Below, piece after piece: positions 53,450 to 64,000 of a stretch of DNA of 64,000 bases. The notes under the pieces are model-generated. The model saw only the letters and a program-made list of their open reading frames with translations. It made no database searches and was not told where the DNA came from. The number at the start of each line of letters is the position of its first letter. The first letter of the stretch is position 1. Origin of the DNA: Lama guanicoe (Eukaryota); NCBI GenBank assembly GCA_013239625.1, contig MU054098.1, positions 558,001 to 622,000 of the forward strand, read 5' to 3'. The position numbers and the translations under genes were made by a program.

Positions 53450-55536
53450 TCATAAAATAATACACCATCAATATCAAAATCTACAAAATACTGAAAAAAA
53501 TGATACTAGAGACAAATAGCATTCATTGATATAGGTACAAAATTACAAACAAAATATTAACAAATAGAATTCAGCAAAGCACAAAATAAATAATACATCA
53601 AGGGAAAACTAAAATTATTCCAGGAATGCAAGGGTAATTCAGCATTATAAAAAATCTGCCAATATAATCCCTTATATTAACATTTGCAAATTAGTTTTAT
53701 GACATTTAATAGATTTTAAAGAATAACTTGATAAAATGCAGAAGCCATTTCTAACTAAAACTGTAATTAATTATATAAAGATAAAAGGAATCCCCTTAAA
53801 TTTGATAACTTACAAAAAACAACAGCAAGTATAAACAGTAATGCATTAAATACATTTAAATTACATTAAATTAAAAAATTGGACAAGACAGAAATGTACA
53901 AAGACTTCAAAGCAGCTACTATAAAGATACTTAAGGAAGGAAGGTGGACTTTCTTGAAATTTACAGAAAGAGGACTTCTCAAATAAGTAAAACTTATAAA
54001 AAGAACCAAATGAAGAGTTTAAAGCTGAAAAAAAAATCTGAAAAAAAAATCACTGACTGGGCTCAATTGAAGAATGGATATGACAGATGAAGAGTCATTA
54101 AAATTGAATGGAGATCAATAGAAACTATCCAAACTGAGTAAGAATGAGAAAAAACTTAAAAATGAAAAAATATTGTGGAGACCTATGGGACAATATGTGT
54201 ATGTCTAACATTTGTGCCATCGGAATCTGAGGAGAGCAGAGGTTGACACAGAAAAAAAAATATTTGAAGAAACAATAGTCTAAAATATCCCATAGTTGAT
54301 GAAAAAAAAGTGACAGATTTAAGAAGTTCTGCAAAACCTAAACGGTTAAACTCAGGAAAAAGAAAATCATGCCTAGATACACATAATCTGGTGAAATCAA
54401 AAGAAAAAGAAAAAAATCTTGAAGCAGCTGAGAAAAATGACCCTTTCATCAAAGGCCAGAAAGTATAATCACAATCCAGAATTCTATATCCAAAGAAAAT
54501 ACCTTCAGAAAATAAATGTGAAATAAAGAGATTTTCATATGAGGGGAAATTAAAAAACTGATTGCCAGGAGACTTACTCTAAAAATTTCTAAAGGATGTT
54601 CTTCAGAAAGAAATAAATTATACTAGAATAAAACATGTAAACTTCAGGAATGAGTGAGGAACAATAGAAATGATACACAATCTGAGAAAATATAATAGAT
54701 TATTTTTTCTTTTCCTAAGTCTTTAAAATACATGTGACTGTCAAAACAAAAATTTTGACATTATCTGAGTTGGTTCTCAATGTACATAGATGTACTCTAT
54801 ATTACATTTAAAACAAAAGAGGGAAGGGGAAAGGGACATATATGGTTGTAAGGTTTTTATATTCACTTGAAGTGATAAAACAATTATAAGGAAATTGTGA
54901 CAGACTAGGTATATATATTTTCATCTAAGAAGCAATCACTAAAAAAACTACAAAGAAATACATTAAAATTCAATAGGTCAATAAAAATGGAATACTAAAA
55001 TAAAACACAGAAAACTCCAAATAATTCAAAAATAGGGGGAAAAAAGAATGAAAAAGAGAAGGGATAAATAGAAAACAAAATAATAGACATAATTCCAAAA
55101 AAATCAATAATTGCATTAAATGTAAATAGTATGAAATGTAATTTGTACAATTTAAAGAAATAGCCATGTTGGATTAAAAAGAAAAACAAAAATAAGCAAG
55201 AATCAATTATATAGTGTCCTACAAGTTTAAATATAATGTAAATAGATATGTAGTAAAAGAATGGAAAAAGATTAACTGTGCAAACACTAATCAAAAGAAT
55301 GCTGGAGTTGCTATGTTAATATTAGACGAAGTAAATTTCAGATCAAAGGCTATTACTAAGGGTAACATAGATAACATAGGCCATTTTATATATATATATA
55401 TATAAAATGATAAAGGTGTCAATTCCTCAAGAGACTATGACAATACTAAACATTTATGCACCTAATAAGAACTTCAAATTTCATGAAGCAAAAAAAGGGA
55501 CAGAAAAGAAATAATTCAAAGGTATAATCATTACAT

Positions 55537-55573
<37 letters not shown>

Positions 55574-56835
55574 CACAATGGACTATTTCATCTTTAAAAG
55601 AATGAAATTATGATACATGCTACAACATGGAAACTTGAAGACATTAAGCTTAGTGAAATAAGCCAGACACAAAAGGATGATTCCACTTATATGAGGTTCC
55701 TAAAATAGTGAAATTCACAGAGACAGAAAGTAGAATGGTGGTTACCAGGGGCTGGGGAACGGGACCACGAGGAGTTATTGTTTAATGGGTACAGAATTTC
55801 AGTTTGGAATGATAAATTCTAGGGATGGATAGTGGTGATGACTTCACAACTGTGCGAATATACTTAATGTTACTGCACTGTATACTTGAAAATGGTTAAA
55901 ATGATAAATTTTATGTTATGTATATTTTACCAAAAAAAAAAAAAAGGAATTAGTTAGCACTTTTCCAACCTCCTTAGAAGCCTTTCCAAGTGCTCTGACC
56001 CAACTGCAAATCATTCTTTCCCTAAAATTAACCACGGTCCTGACATTCACAGAAACCAGTAATTTAACATTTCTTTATAGCTCTATCAATAAAGTGTGCA
56101 TTCCCTAGGGGGAAAAGAAGTACAATTACAGTTACACTTTGAGAATTCAATATCTTTTCCTCAGTAATTGACATAACAAGTAGACAGAATATAATGAATG
56201 ATATGAAAGAATTGAAGAGCTCTAGCATCAAACTACATCAAGTTGACATTTACGAAACACTCTACCCAACAATAGAAGTATACACATTCTTTTAAAGAGC
56301 TTATGGAAAATAGACTAGGAAACATCATATCCTGAGCCATAAATTAACTCTTAAGAAATTAAAATGATTGATATCATACAATGTATATTCTCTGTCCATG
56401 AGAGAATTAACCTAGAAACCAATCCCAAAAAGATACCTTGAAAAAGTCAAAGTATTTGGAAATTAAACAACACAGTTGTACACAATTCATGTTTCAAAAA
56501 GGAAGACAAATTAGAAAATAAGTTGAACTAAATGGAAATTAAAATAAAACATCAAAATTTGTGTGATGACATTAAAGCAGTACTCAGATGGAAATTTCTA
56601 ACATTAATGCTTTATTTTAGAAAAGAAAAAAATCTCAAATCAAAATTCAGTGAAGTGAAATGTTGGTTATTTGAAAATATTGATAAAATTGATAAACTTG
56701 TAGGTAGATTGAGGGAGGAATAAAAGTAGAAGACACAAATTACAGTATCAGTGATGAATAGGGAATATCTCTACAGATTCCATAGACAGTTATAACGGTA
56801 TTATAATTATAAACAACAGTTTGCCCATAAATTTG
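53450..56835 (+). mobile_element. LINE-1 fragments (ORF1 to ORF2 endonuclease) with a nested L1 3' end at ~55575-55945
   Basis: ORFs 55214 (WKKI..AN..QK.AGVAMLI.D) and 56532 (QNL.D..KAVLR.KF). Ends abruptly at ~56835. Confidence 0.88.
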
Positions 56836-56841
56836 TGTGGG

Positions 56842-57310
56842 ATTTTTGGGTCCTTAGACAATAAATCACAAATTTTCTGAACCATGCACTGAGGTCAGAA
56901 TTCCAGTGGAGAGTCTGTGGTGCTGAGGAAAAAAAAAGAAGAAGAATAAGAAAAGATACAAGTGCTCTGAGTCCCCATATCTGAGTCAGCCTTTTCCTCA
57001 GCCTAACATTGGCCCACTTGCTAACCACTGAAGAGTGCCAAAGCCTGGATAGTTGACTGGAAACCCAGATTTGAATGCATAGCGAATAAACCCTTTTAAG
57101 AATGCCAAAGTCTTTTGCAATCGCTTGGTTAACATTGTCCCTAACTGAAAGTCAGTAGAAAACTCAATGGCATCCTAGGCTGTCACTCAAGGTGGTGCTA
57201 TTGACAGAACTGATTGCCAGGAGTGTCTCCTATAGATTCCCATATACAGGTCCATAGTGAAATTTTTCAGCAGTCTATAGAGAAAACTGGGAAATTAAGT
57301 GTAACAGTAT
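56842..57310 (-). pseudogene. Candidate bornavirus-like L polymerase relic, part 1 (conserved region I)
   Basis: AFLKGFIRYAFKSGFPVNYPG (57105-57043; BoDV [21 protein letters not shown]), KADSDM (~56990; IADLDM), WNSDLSAWFRKF (56905; WVFEYNAAAFWKKY). Confidence 0.4.
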
Positions 57311-57739
57311 ATTTTAAATAAAGCTATATTTATTCCACTTAAATGATTTATTTTCATTCTGAGATTAGCCTCCCTGTAGAATCCAGAAGTAGAAGAGTCC
57401 AGCCCATAGGATTGGCTGGATTTTACTTTCCTATTTCATTCTCGTCCCCATGTTTTTGAGGGCTCAGCCCTGTTTTGATGTTCTTATCACATTGCCTTTG
57501 ACAAAGTTCCCTGGATATGACTGGATACTGCATCTTACACCAATTGTATCTTTTAAATGCTTCTGGGGACATGCCACTTTCTCCCTTAGAATCACAACCA
57601 CCCCCTTGTAACTTGATACTTCCCTGATACTAGATTGTGTTTCCACTCATTTGAACTTGATTTACAATTACCTGGTCTCTTCTGGGCTACTGCTGCCAAA
57701 TCTCTTGCTTCTGAGTTAAGATATTTTTTAAAAAATTTA

Positions 57740-58050
57740 CAGTTTTATGTTACCACTTAGACCTGAAATTCCAGGCTGCTTTTTACGATGTAACGTTTGC
57801 CTTTCTCTGAAGTAGGAATTAAATTCTCTCTCCCTATAGCTACTCTGTTTCTGACCACCCTAAATAAATATGCCCAACTACTAAACTCCCCCTACTGTGG
57901 TGTAGTGCTCAGAGTAGGAGGTGCGATGCTGGAGGCATCTCTGCAGGTCCTTTATCTGGCTAATATGGTTCAGTAATTCCCTACTGGTCCTGAGCTTAAG
58001 ATCTACTTACACACTCACTTTCTCTTATGAGCCAAAGTCATATCACTTAG
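57740..58050 (-). pseudogene. Candidate bornavirus-like matrix relic (EBLM)
   Basis: One decayed frame gives ITEPY*PDK...GSLVVGHIYLGW (57890)...ERI*FLLQRK...KAAWNF (57782). This weakly resembles BoDV-1 M VKEPLQLPREK...GHSLVNIYFQ...KYMFLRLNK...NAAFNV. Confidence 0.2.
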
Positions 58051-58063
58051 TACTCTATCTTCT

Positions 58064-58149
58064 TTTTTTTTTTTCTCTGTGATTTATCATAACATTTTGT
58101 GTATATTTCCCTGTGCTATACAGTGTAATCTTGTTTATCTATTCTACAT
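58064..58149 (-). mobile_element. Very short 5'-truncated L1 insertion
   Basis: Poly(T) then 'ccctgtgctatacagt' L1 3' end; 10-bp TSD TCTATCTTCT at 58054-58063 and 58150-58159. Confidence 0.85.
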
Positions 58150-58229
58150 TCTATCTTCTAATAAATACATTCGTCAGAATGCCTTTCTAGCATCTGTACT
58201 TCTTTGACACATAGATTTTATGGTTCTTC

Positions 58230-59700
58230 AGTGAGGCAGAGTGGTGTTTCTGATGATGTGGACGGTCTGGTATATGTCTCGACGATGTGGGCAGGGAGAT
58301 GGGACATCCTACATATGCAACCAGCCGGTCCCCTCTTAGTATAAAATAGGGATTTCCTGGCAGCACTACGCAGGATGTTCAACCTCCCCGCCCATGTGAA
58401 GGTTAACTGCTGCATCGTGAAGTTCCAGTTTCTGTCGAAGGACCTGCTGTCGCTTGATGTGTTTCTGTGTGAACCATTTCATGAAGGCCATTTCCAAGCT
58501 GGTCTTCTGTTCCCCACAAACTGGCTGTGATTACTAATAGCCTAGATCTAGAAGCGTGGCAACTAATAACCCACATCTTACTCAAATTTAAACCTCATAT
58601 CTCTAACAGTATAATTTCCCATCAACTTAAATAAAAAGAGAAAATTCTCTTGACACTGATGCCAAAATGTATCATGGGTTACAAACACTCTCCAGTTCCA
58701 CTCCCAATTTTGTCAACCCTTACTAAATAATATAAACCTCTAAATTATATAAATTTCTCTAAATAATATAAACATAGACTTCTTATATTACAGTAGAGGC
58801 AATTCTATTGCTAGAACCTTAGATGGGCTGCATACACTTATCCCAGTTATCCCAGGTCATCCCAGTTGAAATTAACTATCTTGTATGTATCACAAGTTAT
58901 TTGCCAAAAACATAGATCTAGAAACATCATCCTGAGACTTGTTGCTCTGTGGCTATGCAATCTGACCACCACATTCCGAAGTAAATAAAGAAACAGCTAG
59001 AGACAGATTCTGTCAGCCTCATTCCTTCAGCTGAACAAATTTTGCATTATATACTTGCATATCTCAAGTGTCTCAGCTCTGAGACCTTTTCTACTTGTAA
59101 ACATTGGTGAACTTGTAGTTCCACCAGGACCTGAGACTTGAGAGGTTCCATATGATGCATAATATCTTTTGAAAAACATCCTGGATTTGCTCCCTTGAGA
59201 TAGTCCCACAACCCATCTACCCTGGAGCTTCCCATTGTGATTTGCCTTTCAAACTGACCTCAAGTCTTTCCCTAGGGGAATATGGGAAAGATTTCTATTT
59301 CTCTGTTGGTATTTTCTTCAGAAAATGGGAAGACTCAATAATTTTATGCATCTTGGGTGGGAAAGAGAGAAGGACAAGGAAGAAATCATGAGTATCTTCC
59401 TGATGCTCTCTGCCTAACTGCAGATTAAATTTTGCTAACTCTCCTAGCTACTTGAATGATAAGTGCCATGACCACCCCATCATTCTATAACTTACTAAGG
59501 CCAAAGTCAAATGTAAAATGTTCTTTTGAATAATGCTTTTTAATAATAATCCTTTAAATCTCTAATACCATATTCATAACCTAAAATGCACATTTTTATT
59601 AAAGATTAGTATTCCAAGTAATGCATAACTTATCCCTGGCCAAGTCATTTATCATTGGAAATTTTCAGATCAATGTTTCTAACTTCTTTGGTGGCTACTG
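58230..59700 (-). pseudogene. Candidate endogenous bornavirus-like glycoprotein relic (EBLG)
   Basis: Ordered motifs across frames, compared with recalled BoDV-1 G: WGGHGTY (59479; WGFFGSY), LSFPPKM (FPP at 59363; QTFPPFM), MFFKRYYASY (59179; SFDEFRRSY), SPSKVL (~58829; SASQFL), FWHQC (58667; VVWQC), MKWF (58482; VMWF), GTGWLH (58332; GSGWVH). By eye only; many stops and frameshifts. Confidence 0.4.
58280..58391 (-). ncRNA. MIR448: microRNA precursor mir-448 (mature 3p 58320-58299 TTGCATATGTAGGATGTCCCAT; 5p arm from ~58380)
   Basis: Hairpin GCGGGGAGGTTGAACATCCTGCGTAGTGCTGCCAGGAAATCCCTATTTTATACTAAGAGGGGACCGGCTGGTTGCATATGTAGGATGTCCCATCTCCCTGCCC matches the recalled mir-448. It is sense and intronic in HTR2C, the known host. 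Confidence 0.95.
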
Positions 59701-61019
59701 ATTAATTTACTCTTTGGTGGCATACATTTTCTACAATATATTTAAGCTAAGGATATAGGACAGAACCTATAAAATCAATTTACTTTTATTTTAAATGTAT
59801 ATATTAATGTTTAGTAAAAAGTCTAGTCAGGTCTAAATTAATAGCTCTTGATACTAGTTTCAACAATATGTTTAAGCAGATTTCTTAAAGCATCAAGTAG
59901 CAATCATGATTTTGGAATACGCAAAGTAGCTCCGTCTAAGTAACTTCATCCACAGCCTTAATTAGATCACTTAGTAACTGCTATTTGTGAACTTGTAATC
60001 CATAGTCACATCTGCTTTCTCTAATTAATGATCCTCTTGAGTACTAGCCATAATTACCCAAGGCTTGGAAATACATCTCAGAGTGAACTCCAGGTTTTTA
60101 ACCTTGAATGCCCCCAAGACATCCCTTCTCTTATATCATAGATTGAAACCAATGCTTATTCACTGCTTTTTATATGTCCGATTTTCAAACACCTCCATAT
60201 CCTAAGTTTTACTAAGGCTTTTTTTTTTTATCTATTCTCTATTCAAACAGTTCACTCTACAGAATGAGACTAGATTAAAAGTTACTGTGAAATTTTAATT
60301 AACAGAACCTCCTTCTAAAGCTTCTTAAAGAGACCAGGAAGCATTATTGATATATAATTTCATATATAAAAACAAACTATATTATATACATATATTATAT
60401 ATATATTATTTATAAACTTGTGGTTTACAATTAAATTATTGCCATTTAAAAATATTTCCCTAAAGCTTTCACAAATTTGCTTCAAAAAAACCACAAAACC
60501 AGTGACAACGTGTTTTAGGAGCCAAGTATTGAGGTAACTACCACATTGTATAATAGAAATGTCCTTTTCAGAGTAATACATTACTCAAATTGTTAGTATG
60601 AATTGTTAGTATGGTAGAAATATACTGAAATGAATTTTAGGAGAGCTGGTATATTTTATTAATTTATGGGTTTATTCTCTTACTTGTTCCAAAATAAGTT
60701 TAAGATATTCTAACTATGTGGCATTGATTTATGTACTGAATAAATATTAAGTTCTTAATATATACTAGGTAGAGAGAGAGAATGATTTAGAAGGCAAACA
60801 TTATACTTGTTCTCATAATTTTATAGTATAGTGAGAAATATAATACAATAGAAAACTAATTAAATAAATAAATTGGACAAAAGAAAAGCACACATGGAGT
60901 AGAAGGGCATTTTTTTCACGTGCAACAATTACGAGAGAGAAGAAAGTCAAATGAAAAACAAAACAAAACCAAAAAAGCAAACAAACAAACAAAAACCTGG
61001 GATTTTCGAACTGTATCTT

Positions 61020-61218
61020 AGGCTGGAAAATGGCAAACATTTTCTGTAAAGGGCTAAATAATATGTTTTTTGGTCTTTGCAACTACTCAACTCTACTGTT
61101 CTTGGGTTAAAAGCAAGATCCTTAAAAGAATAGGTGTGACTGATTCCAAGAAAACTTTACTTATCAATACCAGTAGCCAGCAGGATTTGGCACATAGACC
61201 GTAGCTAGCCAACTCCTG
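61020..61218. mobile_element. MER58-like hAT element
   Basis: 'ggcaaacattttctgtaaagggc...caactactcaactct...ggatttggc...gccaactcctg'. Confidence 0.8.
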
Positions 61219-61639
61219 ATCTCAAGGGCTAGGAAGGGGGAGATGTGGTTGAGGACTGATGGAGATGATTCAGTATGATCTTCCATGCTGTTGCTTGGCA
61301 TTAACAGGAATAGAGCTAATTCTTTATATATTAGGGTCAGGTTGGAAACTGAAAAAATAATTTAGGCACATAAAAAGATTCTGCTTTAGCTGCATAAAAT
61401 AACATGTTAGTAGGGATAGTCATGAGATTTCTTGAAGGACATTAGTATTCAAAAGAGAAAGGAATTTAAACCGCTTTTTATCCAAGCCACTAAGAAAATC
61501 TCATGGTGAGTTTGAACATTTGGAGTTTCATTTCATCATGTACTGAAATCTATATTCAATAAGAATCAAAGGTCTGTGATTCAAAGAAATGCAAGAAATT
61601 CACACACATGTGTCCTTCACTTTACACAAAGCTCTTGAT

Positions 61640-62150
61640 CAGGATGAGGAAGTTTCCTCCTATTTCTAGTTTGTTGTTTTTATCACAAGAAACAGTTGGA
61701 TTTTGTCAAATGCTTTTCTTGAGTCTATTAAGGTAATCAGGTAGTTTTTTCCTCCTTTATTCTATTAATAAGGGGCATTTATATAGCTTGATTTTCATAT
61801 GTTGAACCAACTTTGCATTTCTGGGATAAGACCTATTTTCTTGGCGTCCAACCTTCACTGGATTCAGTTTACTAGTATTTTGTTGAGGATATTTGTATCT
61901 ATATTCATATGGAACAGTGATTTATAGGTTTTTCCCTTCTGCTATCTTTGTGGTTTTGGTATCATGATAATATCAGTCTCATAAAAAAGTTGGGAAGAAT
62001 TCCTCTCTTTTTTTATTTTTTGAAAAAGCTTTTAAGAATTAGTGTTAATTCTTCCAGCCTTTAGATAATTTCTAGAGCCTTGAATTAGTTGATTCTGACA
62101 ATTTTGTAAAATTCCTTGTTGCTTTTAAGGAAGAGAAAATTTTAAAAGTC
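61640..62150 (-). mobile_element. LINE-1 ORF2 fragment
   Basis: 'gattttgtcaaatgcttttct' and 'gttgaaccaactttgcatttctgggataa'. Confidence 0.8.
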
Positions 62151-64000
62151 CACCATTTTTGTGTTACAAATACATCTTAAAATTTTATAATCTCACAGGG
62201 TTTAGAAATTGCAGAAAATTTTGTACATGGAGACCATATTACTAATATAAAGAACAGAAATGGTGATTTTGAATAAAAATATGAATGAGAACATGGAAAC
62301 ATCATATTCGTATTCATTTCTCAGTGTCTATCTAAGTGATACATTGTACACTGTTCTTCTAAATAAGCCTATAGGCATATGTTATAATACAGTATTTTAA
62401 CATTTACTGTCTCAAATACTTTGTCAGTTATTTCTTTATCTTATAATTTTGCTTATGTTTAATTTTTGCTGTAGTTTTGTCTCAATCTACTTTACATTAA
62501 AAAAGTTGCCAGAGTCAGAAATTTTATGTTTATATGTAGCCAAACCTTTCAGTCTTCTCATTTGTGTTATCATCATTGTTTCTTCATCTTAGATGCTAGA
62601 TATTCAATAGTTGGGTAAATGCCTTTTTCAATTTCTTCTGGTTTTTCCTTGGATAGGTTTTAAATAGTCAACTTTTTAATCCTTCTAGACTTTATTTTTG
62701 TGTGTGCAGTGAGGTGAAAATCTAGATTTATCTAACATGTTTTCTGGTATCATTGATTTTGATGTCTCACTTATCATAAATAGTATAACCTACTGCTGCC
62801 CTTTTAAATTCTTTTTAATATTTTTATATGTTTAATCCTACATCCACACATTATTATTATATTGACTGTTGACTTAGAACATATTAAGAAATGGTTTTTC
62901 TATTTCCATCTTTGCAAAGTGTTTATTAGGAATATGCATTGAAGTTTATTAAATGATTTTCAGCCTCTACTAGGAGGTTGTTTATTGTGTTTAACCTACA
63001 GTGATACTATATTTCTGCATTTTATAATATATTTTAAATTCCTTAAATTCTTTAGATAAAAAGAAACTAACATTAATTAGGTATATTTTTTCCAAGAAAT
63101 TTTACATAGATTATGTCATTTATGTCTCACAATAGCCTTATAAAGTAGTTATAGATCAAAGTAAAAAAACCTTGAGGTTTGATGATGGTAACACTCAAAG
63201 TGATGCAGTTGATAATTTGGATTTGAATATCTATATCAAAAGCTGTGGTTCCACCCTGTTAATTGAATTTGCACTGTATTCCATTAAGAATGTTTCTATA
63301 TTAATAACTAGGAATTCTCTGTATAATGGAGAGACAAAGATGCAAACAAAAATTTCAAAATTTAAGTTAAGTGCCTTTTACAGAGGTTGTGCACATGATA
63401 TTCTGGAAATAGTGTAATATGCTTAACTCTCCAGGTTTATGATATAGGCTTCCCAGAGAAGGCTGGAAAGGGAAGAAAGTGAAGTTCGGAGGAAGTAAAA
63501 GGTTGGACAAAAAGTCAAGGAGATCAGTGATGATGTCACAGAACATAATATTTGTGAATGAGGGAGTTAAAGAGCCGGGAGTAAGAACTTTATATTGAGA
63601 TGTAGGAAGTTGATTACAGTGTAGACTAGTTTATAATTTTTGACACATTATAAGAGTAGCCATAAAAATCATGTGGCTCTGTGAATTACCAAGAAGACTG
63701 TGCTTTAAAAATATTCCTACATTATTTGGTGTATACACCAATTATATAGTATCTTCTACTTTCTTTATTGCCAATTTTTTAAGGTTAACACAGATTTTCT
63801 AGTCTTCGAGCTTCCCTTGTCATATCAGGAAAGGAAAGACTGAGAGTGAGTTAAGATTTCCTTAGACCACTTCCCCATCCTAACCGAGGAGATAGAACTT
63901 AGGTTCAACTTGTGAAAGGACCAATGCCAGGAATGAGTGAGACATGCCCTGAGGACCTCCATGTTTGCTGTACATGCTGAACTTTTGCCAAACACTCTAA

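Noticed and set aside
57395..57420. NPMGW resembling bornaviral G NPLGW
   Set aside because: Lies ~900 nt out of register with the other G-like motifs; likely chance.
58195..58440. Alternative L-polymerase-like readings (plus-strand SLTHRFY; minus-strand FDRNWNFTM)
   Set aside because: Isolated matches with no colinear support. They show how easily short motif look-alikes arise, which is why the EBL call is kept at moderate confidence.
47000..64000. Other HTR2C-hosted RNAs (SNORA35, miR-764/1264/1298/1911/1912) and upstream exons
   Set aside because: Not recognised in this window; expected further upstream.

Overview
AT-rich, repeat-dense mammalian DNA containing the 3' half of the serotonin receptor gene HTR2C on the minus strand. 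The tRNA-derived SINEs resemble the camelid vic-1 type, and HTR2C is X-linked in eutherians. Visible gene parts are the 201-nt RNA-edited exon (46751-46951) with its intronic editing-complementary sequence, its alternative donors and SNORD115 target, and the last coding exon (13153-13979) with a ~2.7-kb 3'UTR. The intronic microRNA miR-448 lies at 58280-58391. Most of the rest is LINE-1 mosaics, solo LTRs, DNA-transposon relics, SINEs with target-site duplications and a U6 retrocopy. The most unusual signal is unannotated-looking DNA at ~49390-50181 and ~56842-59700. Its decayed minus-strand translation carries short motifs resembling bornavirus G, then M, then L, in colinear order, which is the carbovirus/cultervirus gene order. 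The L-like part is split by a 6.66-kb block flanked by a perfect 13-bp direct repeat, and miR-448 lies inside the G-like part. This viral call is a by-eye comparison with recalled BoDV-1 proteins and needs a profile search to confirm.
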